DNA from: Candidatus Heimdallarchaeum aukensis
Lineage (GTDB): Archaea > Asgardarchaeota > Heimdallarchaeia > Heimdallarchaeales > Heimdallarchaeaceae
Length of the DNA: 64,000 bases
Reading direction: 5' to 3'
NCBI GenBank assembly: GCA_021513695.1
Contig: CP084166.1
Span: 1,440,001 to 1,504,000, forward strand
Numbering within the stretch: position 1 is the first letter of the stretch; each line of letters opens with the position of its first letter. The position numbers and the translations under genes are program-made. This document shows positions 55,157-64,000 of the stretch, one piece after another. The notes beneath the pieces were generated by a model. It was not told the origin of the DNA, made no database searches, and was given only the letters and a program-made list of their open reading frames with translations.

Positions 55157-56731
55157 ATGACCCCTGATTCTACTAATAACACATTTAGTGTTCCTATAAA
55201 TAATAAAAAAATAGAAAATGTTCCTTCTACAATTATTGAATTTATTGAATCTAATCGTTCTTTATTTGATTCTTATCAATTTCCTGTTATGATTACTGAT
55301 GCTGACCGACGTATATTGTATATCAACCCTATTTTTAAAGAAGTTACTGGTTATAGTGACACTGATCTTTTAAACAATTTTTGGAACGATCTTGCTCCTC
55401 CTGCGTCTTTAGGTAAACTGCTTAAATACCATCATATTCGGAAGAAATTTCCGGATAAAGCTCCTAGTTCTTATGAAACTAGCTTTTCTTTAAAAAATGG
55501 TCAGGAGAAAGAGTTTCTCCTTACTATCACTCCATTATTTAATAATTATCTTTTTTTTCTTACTTTTACTGATGTTACTCCAAAGAAATTGGCTAAAATT
55601 GAACTTTCTCGCTCTTATGAACAATATTATACACTTGTCAACACTTCTCCCGATGGTATTTTACAATTAGATAAAGACTTAAACATTATAATGGCAAATA
55701 ATGTTGCTAAACGCTTTATTAAACATTTCTATGGAGAAACTGAAATTATTGGCAAAAGTGTTTTTTGTTTAATACCTAATGATCAGCATAAAATAATCGA
55801 CAATGCTGTAAAACATGCAATTAAGGAGGGGTACTATCGTAATTTAGAAATATCTTTTCCAAATAAAAAAACTGGAACAACTTCTTATTTTGAGATTAAC
55901 ACTTCTGTAGTTTATGATCATGAAAAACCACTTTTTTTCATTGCTATAGTGCGTAATATTAGTGATCGAAAACAAATGGAAAAAAAACTTAATGAATATA
56001 CTACTAAACTTGAACATTTAGTTCAAGAGAAAGCTAGTAAATTAATGGAACAAGAACGATCTGCAATGCTTGGCAGGTTAGCTGCATCTATTAGTCATAA
56101 TATTAACAACCCTTTGCAATATGTTATTGGTAACGCAGAACTCATTTTAAAACTATTAAAAGAGCCTAACTTGGAAATTTCCTTGATTCAAAGTTTAGCT
56201 CAAACACTAATTTCTGGTTGTTATCGTATAGTAGAAGTTTCTGATAAACTTCGTCGAGCTTCTAGAAAAAGTGATGTAAGCATTTTTGATATCGCTATTC
56301 CCATTGAAGTTGCTATTTCTGTTACTAAAGGTAAATGGATGAAAAAGTGTTCTCAGATTAAAGTTCGCTATTTAACTGATGAAACTATTAAAATTAAAGG
56401 AGTAGAATCTGATATTGCACATGTTTTCATGAATCTCATCATTAATGCAGTTCAAGCAATTAAAGACAAAGGCGAGATAGAGATACGTATTTCAAAACTT
56501 TCTTCTCGTAAAGTTTTCATTGAAGTTCATGATAACGGTAGTGGCATTCCCCCTGATATTGCTGATAAAATAGGTAAAGAAACTGTTACAACAAAAAATC
56601 CAGAAGTTGGTACGGGGTTAGGTTTATTATGGGTTTATGACACGATACATCAGCATTATGGAACAATTGACTTTGAAACCAAACTGGGAAAAGGAACTAC
56701 TTTTAGGATTGCTCTTCCTATCGCAAATTAG
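55157..56731 (+). CDS. sensor histidine kinase with two PAS domains
   Basis: Two PAS-like segments (VMITDADRRILYINPIFKEVTGYS and SPDGILQLDKDLNIIMANN). The H-box is ASISHNINNPLQ and the HATPase_c N, G1 and G2 boxes are present (MNLIINAVQA, HDNGSGIP, GTGLGL). Confidence 0.85.
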   Translation: MTPDSTNNTFSVPINNKKIENVPSTIIEFIESNRSLFDSYQFPVMITDADRRILYINPIFKEVTGYSDTDLLNNFWNDLAPPASLGKLLKYHHIRKKFPDKAPSSYETSFSLKNGQEKEFLLTITPLFNNYLFFLTFTDVTPKKLAKIELSRSYEQYYTLVNTSPDGILQLDKDLNIIMANNVAKRFIKHFYGETEIIGKSVFCLIPNDQHKIIDNAVKHAIKEGYYRNLEISFPNKKTGTTSYFEINTSVVYDHEKPLFFIAIVRNISDRKQMEKKLNEYTTKLEHLVQEKASKLMEQERSAMLGRLAASISHNINNPLQYVIGNAELILKLLKEPNLEISLIQSLAQTLISGCYRIVEVSDKLRRASRKSDVSIFDIAIPIEVAISVTKGKWMKKCSQIKVRYLTDETIKIKGVESDIAHVFMNLIINAVQAIKDKGEIEIRISKLSSRKVFIEVHDNGSGIPPDIADKIGKETVTTKNPEVGTGLGLLWVYDTIHQHYGTIDFETKLGKGTTFRIALPIAN

Positions 56732-56769
56732 GAAAATGACATCAATGAAATTTTTCTTTACAATTTATT

Positions 56770-57717
56770 TTATTTTTTTAATGTTCGTTCTCCCACTACA
56801 TACTTAGACTTCATTTCTGTTTGTTTCTGTTTTTTTGATTTTGTTTTTTTCTCTTTTACTTGATAAATCAGTCTATTTTTTGTTTCATCTACTATCAATT
56901 TTATTGAAACATTTATTCCCTCTAGTCTTTTTCTCCACTGATAGCTTAGAAGATTTAAGAACTCTTTTTCATCTATTTTTTCAGGATTTGCTAAACTGTG
57001 TAGAGCTTCAACATCTTTATAATTGTCAAAAATTATTTCATACATATCCTCTTTTTTAAAAATAACACCTTTTAACCCGTAAACATTTGCTCCGATAATT
57101 GAAATATAAGCTACAACTTTAAAAATTCCTTCAAGAAATCCAAATAGTTCATCAAGTTCTTCTTGAAAAAACTCTTTATCATCAAAAAATTGTTTTGCCT
57201 TATTCTTCCCCAAATTACTTGTCAAGTAAGTATAGATTTTATTTATCATTTGAACTCTCATCTTGGCTTCCATCAATCGTATCCAATTTTCATTAAGTTT
57301 TGGTATTTCTATTCTCTCTTGTTTTGGTTCTTCATAAACAGCTACTGTAGTATTATTTAAACCTGTAATTACTAGTTTTTGAAATTCCTTCGTAGGATTA
57401 TTCAGAATCCATGTAATATCTTCATTTTCTGTTGGAGAGATTCTTGTTGAACTATGAATCCTTATTTCGCCATTACTCATTTTCTTTATAAATCGTGGAT
57501 AAATCCTAAACCTTGCCAAACTATTTTCGAAATTATTTATTATCATACTAAAAAAAGCTTGAATTACCCCTTGTGCTGCAAGATCTTCTGATTGTATTAT
57601 AGTTTCTATTTCCCAGTGCCTTTGCTCGTTAACTATTGTTTCCACAGAATAAAGTAACTGATTTACCTCTTCTAATTCAGTTTCGCTTAGATTTACAACT
57701 TGAACCAAGTTTACCAC
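56770..57717 (-). CDS. hypothetical protein
   Basis: 315-aa ORF with a GTG start and a K-rich C-terminus. It is convergent with the histidine kinase. I recognise no motif. Confidence 0.45.
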   Translation of the reverse strand: MVNLVQVVNLSETELEEVNQLLYSVETIVNEQRHWEIETIIQSEDLAAQGVIQAFFSMIINNFENSLARFRIYPRFIKKMSNGEIRIHSSTRISPTENEDITWILNNPTKEFQKLVITGLNNTTVAVYEEPKQERIEIPKLNENWIRLMEAKMRVQMINKIYTYLTSNLGKNKAKQFFDDKEFFQEELDELFGFLEGIFKVVAYISIIGANVYGLKGVIFKKEDMYEIIFDNYKDVEALHSLANPEKIDEKEFLNLLSYQWRKRLEGINVSIKLIVDETKNRLIYQVKEKKTKSKKQKQTEMKSKYVVGERTLKK

Positions 57718-57856
57718 ACAATCAAATTCTGTCTACAGATGACATATGAAATATTCTTTTTATTTATTTCTGAGGAACTAAAAAAATATTCATAAGAAAA
57801 AAGTTAGTTTCAAAATGTCACTCTTTTTAAATTACTATTACCTTTTTTCTTTAACA

Positions 57857-59185
57857 ATGCCTTCTCAAGAGAAAAAGGAAGTGAGAGAGACAACACTTGT
57901 CTTGGCAGAAAGCGATATTTTAATCAAACATCGTAGAGCATATAGAAACTTAACCCAAAATTATATTATTTCAGAGAGGTTTATCACTCAACTTCCTGTG
58001 ATTAATGCTCAAGCAAAAGATAAATTTGCAGATCTTCCTACAACAATTAACAAAGAGGAAAACAGGATTATTGTTGAATTTAAACATAGAAAACCCATAA
58101 AACCTAGAGAAATATGTGCAGCAGAGTTATCTCTATTAATTGATGACTCTTTCACTAATCGAATTGGCGATTTACGAATTATTGATTGGCCAAGCGAAGA
58201 TTTAACCGATATACATTTTTTACACACAAAACCTTTTTTTGTTTCTGCCATTGGTAAGGTTGAAAAAAACACTATAACTCCAGCCCCTGGATTCAAATCT
58301 ATTATAAGTCATGCTAGAAAAGGTTCTACTATTCGCATTGAGTATCTTCCGAAGACAAAACCTATTCCTTCAATTTTATGGACTGAAGAATATATCGTTA
58401 AAAATGTTTCAGATGAACCTGTTGAAGAATGTTCATTAAAATTTTTAGTCCCAAGAAATGACATAAAACAAAAAGTGAGTATTAAAGCTAACGAAAAAAT
58501 AAAATTATCTCAAGATTCAGATGGAAATGCTTGGGCGAATGTTACTCTCTTTAATTTAAAAAAAGATGAAAAAAGAAAGATAATTTTAGTGTATAAAATC
58601 GATAAAACAAGTTACACATTTTCCAATGAATATGGAAATATTCAGTTTTTAAAAGGTTTATCAGAACCTAGTTCCGTAGGAAGACATTATCTTAAAGGTT
58701 CAAAGCTTTGGCCTGTAAATGACTATAGCATTCAGAAGATTGCAAGAGGTATTCTTGAAGGTCAAACTAATATATTTGATATTATCAAGCTTATTTTTGA
58801 ATTTGTAAATCAGAACTTTACTTATGAAGCAAATGGAGTCAGATTACCAGCTGATGAAATAATTAAGACTAAAAGAGGTGACTGCTCTGAATTCAGTGAC
58901 TTGTTTGTAACTTTAGCTAGAGCCTGCGGTATTCCAGCAAGGGTATGCACAGGTTATTTTTGGGGACTAAATGGAAAATTAGAAGGGCATGCATGGTGTG
59001 AAGTTTTTACTAAACAAGGTTGGATACAGTTAGATTCTTTACATGGCTTCTTGCATGGAGTTTCATTTCAACATATTCTTTTCTCCAAAGAGTCAAATGA
59101 TGTTGATTATCCTTCTTACGTTGTCAAGAATATAGGTGGAGAAATTAATATCACAAAAACATATGATGTAAAAGTAATGAGTTGA
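57857..59185 (+). CDS. transglutaminase-like cysteine-protease-fold protein
   Basis: The C-terminal core has a Cys-His-Asp pattern (RGDCSEFSDLFVTLARACGIPARV, GHAWCEVF, WIQLDS). The N-terminal ~300 aa are beta-rich and unassigned. The ATG is at 57857 within ORF 57815..59185. Confidence 0.8.
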   Translation: MPSQEKKEVRETTLVLAESDILIKHRRAYRNLTQNYIISERFITQLPVINAQAKDKFADLPTTINKEENRIIVEFKHRKPIKPREICAAELSLLIDDSFTNRIGDLRIIDWPSEDLTDIHFLHTKPFFVSAIGKVEKNTITPAPGFKSIISHARKGSTIRIEYLPKTKPIPSILWTEEYIVKNVSDEPVEECSLKFLVPRNDIKQKVSIKANEKIKLSQDSDGNAWANVTLFNLKKDEKRKIILVYKIDKTSYTFSNEYGNIQFLKGLSEPSSVGRHYLKGSKLWPVNDYSIQKIARGILEGQTNIFDIIKLIFEFVNQNFTYEANGVRLPADEIIKTKRGDCSEFSDLFVTLARACGIPARVCTGYFWGLNGKLEGHAWCEVFTKQGWIQLDSLHGFLHGVSFQHILFSKESNDVDYPSYVVKNIGGEINITKTYDVKVMS

Positions 59186-59275
59186 AAAATATAACTGTAT
59201 TCAAAATTGATTTGTTTTTAAAAGAATAATTGAAAAACTTTGTTTTCAAAAGCAAATATAAGTTTCTTTTTAGAA

Positions 59276-59797
59276 TTAATCTTCTTCAGTGAATTTTTTT
59301 CCTACTTTTCTTGCAAACTGCTCTATCCTTTCCCAATTTCGATTATCAAGTTGAAAACGGGGCAATCTGCGGAGGATTCTATAGAAGTGTATTTGTGGTA
59401 TGTATAACATTGGAACTCTTCCTCCAAAAGCTTCTTTTTCTATTACTTCTACTCCACTTTCTTCTATGACTTTGTCTAGAAAATGCTCTCTTGCATAGTC
59501 ATACAGGTCTTCTTCACCAGCGAAGCCAGAAGATATAAAAACCGCAACTTTTCTATTACCAAAGTCATTATTTTTTAAAAATTCTTCAGCTTCTTTCACC
59601 CATTTTCCTTCTTTTATCCCACTTCCTATAATTATATGGGGAAAATCCTCTAATTCAGGAAGTTTTTTTCCTTTTTTTATAGTATAAACTTCAACATTTA
59701 GTTTGAATTCTTTTTCAAGAATTTGTTGAATAGTTGCTGCTGCTTCTGTAGTTGCCCCATATCTTGTTCCGTAGGCAATCAATATCTTATCACTCAT
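59276..59797 (-). CDS. flavodoxin-domain protein (HemG-like long flavodoxin family)
   Basis: It has KILIAYGTRYGATTEAA (FMN phosphate loop) and IIGSGI. Confidence 0.65.
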   Translation of the reverse strand: MSDKILIAYGTRYGATTEAAATIQQILEKEFKLNVEVYTIKKGKKLPELEDFPHIIIGSGIKEGKWVKEAEEFLKNNDFGNRKVAVFISSGFAGEEDLYDYAREHFLDKVIEESGVEVIEKEAFGGRVPMLYIPQIHFYRILRRLPRFQLDNRNWERIEQFARKVGKKFTEED

Positions 59798-59873
59798 TTT
59801 AATCAATAAAGTTTACTTTTTGCGATTAAAAGGCTTTTGAATTTACAAAATTAGCATTTTTCATAAAAAAGAA

Positions 59874-60479
59874 TCAGTCATACTTTTTTTCTAAATTATT
59901 TATTACGCGTTCTAAAATTATCTTTTCTTCTTCATTTTCCTCTTTAATCATTAGATTCCAAAGAATAGGTAGAGACTTTTTAGTTGCATATTTAGTGATT
60001 AGACTTAAAGCTAGTTTTTTAGGAAAAGATTCATTCTCATTTGATATTATAGTTAACAATATTTTTTCCATCTCATCGTTACTTAGTTTCTTTCTTTCGT
60101 GTATTTTTCTTAGGGCTGTCCCTTTAATAATTCCTGATAAACCCCTTCTTACTTCCTTTACAAGAAAATCTTTGCTATCAAAGTTTTCATATTCAGCTAA
60201 AGTTTCAATAATAGCGATTTTTACACTTTCATCTTTTTCTCTATAATACATTCTTTCAAGTTTTTCTCCATTATTTTTTGAATCATAATTTTTCAATTGA
60301 ATAGCTGCTAAAACTCGAACCTTATAAAATTGCTCTTTTTCTATTACTTCAAACAAGAAATCTGCAATATCTGGATCACGTAAATTGTTCCATGCAATGA
60401 GTAGATCGATTTTTTCTTTATCGTTACCTTTTTTGAATTTAGATTTCATTTTTGAAGGTTCTATATTCATCAAAAACAA
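59874..60479 (-). CDS. HEAT/PBS-lyase-like repeat protein
   Basis: 201 aa and all-helical, with repeated ~30-aa units resembling HEAT_PBS repeats (KVRVLAAIQLKNY, SVKIAIIETLAEY, IKGTALRKIHE). Confidence 0.45.
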   Translation of the reverse strand: MFLMNIEPSKMKSKFKKGNDKEKIDLLIAWNNLRDPDIADFLFEVIEKEQFYKVRVLAAIQLKNYDSKNNGEKLERMYYREKDESVKIAIIETLAEYENFDSKDFLVKEVRRGLSGIIKGTALRKIHERKKLSNDEMEKILLTIISNENESFPKKLALSLITKYATKKSLPILWNLMIKEENEEEKIILERVINNLEKKYD

Positions 60480-60550
60480 TTCAGTTTTTTCTATAAAAAG
60501 AAATCGAATTGGTGTTTAAATAGCTCCATATTATTATACCTAGGAGGAAG

Positions 60551-61132
60551 TTGACGTTAAGAATTGCAATAGAAAATAAAGAAAATAAAAAGGATAAGTT
60601 TGCTATAGTATACTTTAGCGATAAAGGTTTCACAGTTTTTTCAACAAATATCTTTGATAAGAAATTGCTTACAAATTTAGAACATTATCCTACACTAATT
60701 GGTATTATGCAAAATCAAGATCCTTCTGGTTTAACTACAACAAAGGTTGATGATGATAATTATCTTTACACATATATTATGAATTTAAAGAACCCAGAAG
60801 CTAGAGACCCCAGACTTAAAAAAAATACTATGACAGCGATCAACTTCCTCGTCAATAAGGAAACAAACAGAAAAATAATCCTTTTTTATGATGAATTTGA
60901 AAAATTTTTAGATGATTTTTTTTATCCTGTTGTTTTTTTGGATGATTTATATGCTATCGATTTTTCCAAATTAATTTTGAGATTTCTAAATATAGTTGAT
61001 AACCAAACTGAAATTGACCATTCTTTACTTGAAATTTCAGAAGAAGCAGTACTAAAAGAAAGAAACAACCCTCAATTATCTTTAGCAGTAGAATTTAATA
61101 AATGGATTGAAGATAATCGTCAAGTAGATTAA
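60551..61132 (+). CDS. hypothetical protein
   Basis: 193-aa ORF with a TTG start. The N-terminal alpha/beta pattern is loosely reminiscent of longin/roadblock-type domains, but I recognise no firm motif. Confidence 0.4.
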   Translation: MTLRIAIENKENKKDKFAIVYFSDKGFTVFSTNIFDKKLLTNLEHYPTLIGIMQNQDPSGLTTTKVDDDNYLYTYIMNLKNPEARDPRLKKNTMTAINFLVNKETNRKIILFYDEFEKFLDDFFYPVVFLDDLYAIDFSKLILRFLNIVDNQTEIDHSLLEISEEAVLKERNNPQLSLAVEFNKWIEDNRQVD

Positions 61133-61206
61133 CTATTTGTCTATTGGACAATATTTTAAATCGGTTTGATAAACAGTCATTTAACTACTTAAAAAAATGG
61201 GATATT

Positions 61207-62124
61207 ATGCTCGAGATTAGATTTCATGGACGAGGAGGAACTGGAACTGTCACTGCTTCTCGTGCTTTAGCTAAAGCAGTATTCTATGAAGGAAAACATG
61301 CTGTTACATTTCCTTCTTTCGGCGCAGAAAGGAGAGGAGCTCCTGTCTTAGCTTTTGCTAGAATAGATGACAAAAAAATAACAAAACGAACTCAAATATA
61401 TGAACCAGATGTGGTTGTAGTACTAGATGATTCGCTTCTTGAATTAACAGATATAGCCAAAGGCCTAAAAGAAAACGGGATATGTGTTGTTAATACAAAA
61501 AAGAAACCAGAAGAGATACAACTATCAAAAGTTGTAAAAGTAGCTACTGTCGACGCTTCAAAAATTGCAAAAGAGGAAATAGGCCTAGAAATAACAAATA
61601 GTGCGATTTTAGGAGCACTAGTTAAGAGTGTAAATATCGTTTCCCTAGACAATTTATTAAAAGCAATAAAAGAAGTATTTGCCGTAAAATTAGGAAAAAC
61701 TGCAGCAGAAAAAAATTGCAATGCTGCAAGAAGAGCGTATAATGAAATAATTTTTGGTCAATCTAAGGATGGTAAATCATATCAAGAGCATCAACCTTGG
61801 CTACCAACTGTTGACGAATTACCAATTGGTACAATAATTCCAAAAACCAAAGTAGAAACAGGTCAAATGATAGGACCAGGAACAGCGAACACTAGAATAA
61901 CAGGTACTTGGAGTCATAAAAAAGCATTTATTGATACTGAAAAATGCATAAAATGTCTACAATGTGTATTTCATTGTCCCGAGGGGACTATTCATAGAGA
62001 AGAAGATATAATTAAAGTTGATTGGACATATTGCAAAGCTTGTGGTATTTGTATAAATGTTTGTCCCAAATCAGCTATTACATTCATAACTGTGAAAGAT
62101 ATTGCAGAAATAATAAACAAGTGA
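61207..62124 (+). CDS. 2-oxoacid:ferredoxin oxidoreductase gamma subunit fused to the delta (2x[4Fe-4S]) subunit
   Basis: MLEIRFHGRGGTGTVTASRALAKAVFYEGKHAVTFPSFGAERRGAPV is the gamma domain. The C-terminal CIKCLQCVFHCP and CKACGICINVCP form the delta-type ferredoxin domain. The ATG is at 61207 within ORF 61144..62124. Confidence 0.85.
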   Translation: MLEIRFHGRGGTGTVTASRALAKAVFYEGKHAVTFPSFGAERRGAPVLAFARIDDKKITKRTQIYEPDVVVVLDDSLLELTDIAKGLKENGICVVNTKKKPEEIQLSKVVKVATVDASKIAKEEIGLEITNSAILGALVKSVNIVSLDNLLKAIKEVFAVKLGKTAAEKNCNAARRAYNEIIFGQSKDGKSYQEHQPWLPTVDELPIGTIIPKTKVETGQMIGPGTANTRITGTWSHKKAFIDTEKCIKCLQCVFHCPEGTIHREEDIIKVDWTYCKACGICINVCPKSAITFITVKDIAEIINK

Positions 62125-62179
62125 TTTTTTAGTTTAAAATGTAGAAATCTGTTAATCTTCTTTCTTTTTGATGTTTTAC

Positions 62180-63073
62180 TTATTTGTATTTATCTAGTTT
62201 GTCTCCCTTATTGTGAAACTCTTTATAAACATCAAAACTTATTACATCGTCTTTTTTTGAAGAAAAATCTAAAGGCTCTCCTTCATCATATTCTTCATCA
62301 AATTCTTCATCAAAACTATCAAAGTCATCGTCATCAACAAATTCATCAAAACTATCTTCTGTTTCCCAAAAGATCATTTCATCTGGTTCAACAAATGAAG
62401 AGTCGAACATGTTTAATTTATCAGATTTTAAGTCTAAACCAAATATTTTTTCTAGTTCCTTAAGTGCAATTAGAGCTGCTTCACTGTCAGCTTCAAAGGT
62501 ATTACAGTAAGATAGTACAACTAATGTAGCTAATGAATAAGCGCTGGATTCCATAAGTAAATAATGAATTGGACCTTTTATTGATAAATGATCTTTGAAA
62601 GTTCTTTTTACTCCAAATTGTTCTGAGTATTTTACAGTAGGTATTAATGCCACCCATGAATCATTTGAAGAATTCCTTATTTCTTCTCTCAGACCACCTA
62701 TTGCAATATATCTTTTAGCTTTCCAGGAAAGAATCTCTTGACTGATCATTTTCCAGAAAACATCAGGAAAAGCTCGAACTCCAATAACAGGCACATTTAA
62801 CCTGGATGATACCAGAACGAATTTTTCTTTGGGATCGTTTGATTTAATATCTAGTTTGAAAACAGTAATGGGAGCTTCAATTCGATCATTATGAAACCAA
62901 CTTACTGGACCCCAAAATCCAATTGGTGTAACTTTAAAAGTCTCTGCCAAGTGATTTGCGACCAGTCTCCCTACAGAACCATAACCCGAGAAGCCAATAA
63001 TAACTGTTGTATTTTCATCGATAATATTGGAATCGATTGAAAAATGTTGTGAGATTACAAGAGATTCTTTCAT
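62180..63073 (-). CDS. PAC2-family (proteasome-assembly-chaperone-like, PbaA/B-type) protein with a long acidic tail
   Basis: It has TVIIGFSGYGSVGRLVANHL near the N-terminus. The C-terminal ~70 aa are D/E/F-rich and end in ...DKLDKYK, with a penultimate Tyr. Confidence 0.6.
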   Translation of the reverse strand: MKESLVISQHFSIDSNIIDENTTVIIGFSGYGSVGRLVANHLAETFKVTPIGFWGPVSWFHNDRIEAPITVFKLDIKSNDPKEKFVLVSSRLNVPVIGVRAFPDVFWKMISQEILSWKAKRYIAIGGLREEIRNSSNDSWVALIPTVKYSEQFGVKRTFKDHLSIKGPIHYLLMESSAYSLATLVVLSYCNTFEADSEAALIALKELEKIFGLDLKSDKLNMFDSSFVEPDEMIFWETEDSFDEFVDDDDFDSFDEEFDEEYDEGEPLDFSSKKDDVISFDVYKEFHNKGDKLDKYK

Positions 63074-63131
63074 TTTTATCTTGAGCTAAAAATAAAAGGT
63101 GGGTAAAAAAATTTGTTGTTGTGCAACTTTT

Positions 63132-64000
63132 TTATTCTTTTCTTCTTACATTTGCTTTGGAAATAAATTCTTCTTCAGCTGGCCAAAGAAGTGTAGCTAT
63201 AGTAGTTAAAATTAATAGAAAAACAATAGGTATCATTAAGCCAATCATATTATAATAGAAGTAAATGTCTCCTACAAAACTATAAACAACTATCAAAGCC
63301 ACACCACCAAGAACAATTCCTATTATTTCACTTAATGACATTATTGTTTGCTGTACGCTCATTGTTGTGCCATGCCTTTCTTCTTTAAAACCTATAGAAG
63401 AACTGTCTCCTAATCTTCCGCTAATTGCAGGGAAATACGCTGAAGCAAGAATCACAAAAATGACAAGTAATGTGATAATCCATGAATGATCCAAAATAGA
63501 AGATAAATCATCAGGATCAACATAGTTACCAAAATAAGAAAAACCTAACATAAAGGTCATTCCGATCATCCCAAAGACCCCAATAGCTAGTGTTTTTTTA
63601 CGACCTATTTTATCAGCCACATAACCCCAAAGAGCCATTGGAGCACCCATAAGTAAAGTCAAAAGAACAGTTACTGTACTACCAACATCGGCACCTGTTT
63701 CCAAAGAAATAACAAGAAAAGCCCAATTATTCAGAATCCCAATAATTGACGCAGTCCCTACTAATGGAAGAATAATCCCTCTTCTATCTTTATTTGTTAA
63801 AAGATTCCAAGATGCAAGTAACTGCTTTTTTAAACTAAAGCTACTTTTAGAAATAACGGGTCTTGTTTTTTCCACTGAAAAATAGACAACTAGAGCAGAA
63901 ATTATTAGAAAAAAAGCGAAAACTAGATATTCATAAACCAACCATGAAGGCCTTAGTGGTTGCCAAGCCACATCATCACTCTGCCCTACAAAGAATTTGT
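63132..64000 (-). CDS. MFS transporter, N-terminus beyond the window edge
   Basis: Hydrophobic polytopic ORF with the loop VADKIGRKKT. The frame stays open upstream of the listed start through position 64000 (..KFFVGQSDDVAWQPL). Confidence 0.7.
   Translation of the reverse strand, partial: KFFVGQSDDVAWQPLRPSWLVYEYLVFAFFLIISALVVYFSVEKTRPVISKSSFSLKKQLLASWNLLTNKDRRGIILPLVGTASIIGILNNWAFLVISLETGADVGSTVTVLLTLLMGAPMALWGYVADKIGRKKTLAIGVFGMIGMTFMLGFSYFGNYVDPDDLSSILDHSWIITLLVIFVILASAYFPAISGRLGDSSSIGFKEERHGTTMSVQQTIMSLSEIIGIVLGGVALIVVYSFVGDIYFYYNMIGLMIPIVFLLILTTIATLLWPAEEEFISKANVRRKE

Noticed and set aside
1-64000. Scan for CRISPR arrays, rRNA genes, cas genes or integrase/phage structural genes
   Set aside because: I noticed no regularly spaced direct repeats of 24-40 bp, no rRNA-like GC-rich blocks and no recognisable cas, integrase or capsid motifs in any listed ORF. 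The only tandem repeat is the 11-bp unit at 24926..24963.

Overview
This is a visibly AT-rich archaeal chromosomal segment, densely coding on both strands. I call about 65 protein genes, 3 tRNA genes and IS remnants. I found no rRNA, no CRISPR array or cas genes, and no clear prophage or defence island.

Archaeal identity rests on several features:
- two-subunit archaeal/eukaryal-type PheRS and an archaeal-type GluRS
- the bifunctional fructose-1,6-bisphosphate aldolase/phosphatase
- two 2-phosphoglycerate-kinase paralogues
- F420 genes (cofD, cofC and a DDN-family gene) and a tungsten-type aldehyde:ferredoxin oxidoreductase
- a tRNA-Tyr with a C1:G72 pair and a 43-nt intron at the canonical 37/38 position

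Several eukaryote-like or bacterial-like genes suggest an Asgard (Lokiarchaeia-like) genome. These are a full-length Rpb5, longin-like modules, an FG-GAP propeller with TSP3-like repeats, Fap7, a PAC2 chaperone, PlsY and a class I FBPase-like gene. I cannot verify that lineage without a database search.

Mobile DNA consists of:
- one complete 766-bp IS6-like element with 17-bp inverted repeats, an 8-9 bp target duplication and a frameshifted transposase
- a truncated, diverged second copy abutting a decayed giant surface-protein gene
- a possible solo inverted repeat near tRNA-Tyr

Main leads, in rough order of interest:
1. A 221-aa RNA polymerase subunit with a eukaryote-type Rpb5 N-terminal domain fused to the RpoH core, unlinked from rpoB/rpoA.
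2. A longin/roadblock-like plus winged-helix module found both as a soluble protein and as the cytoplasmic tail of the decayed surface protein.
3. Tandem paralogues with a possible B3/EcoRII-N-like barrel plus a zinc ribbon.
4. A Dus-like flavoenzyme translationally coupled between cofD and cofC.
5. A thioredoxin-reductase-like protein lacking both NADPH motifs.
6. A GcvH-like protein lacking the lipoyl-lysine.
7. Three different FBP aldolase/phosphatase-type genes in a row.
8. A 31-bp repeat flanking a two-gene surface-protein cassette.

All functional calls come from motif recognition by eye on the supplied translations. No searches were run.
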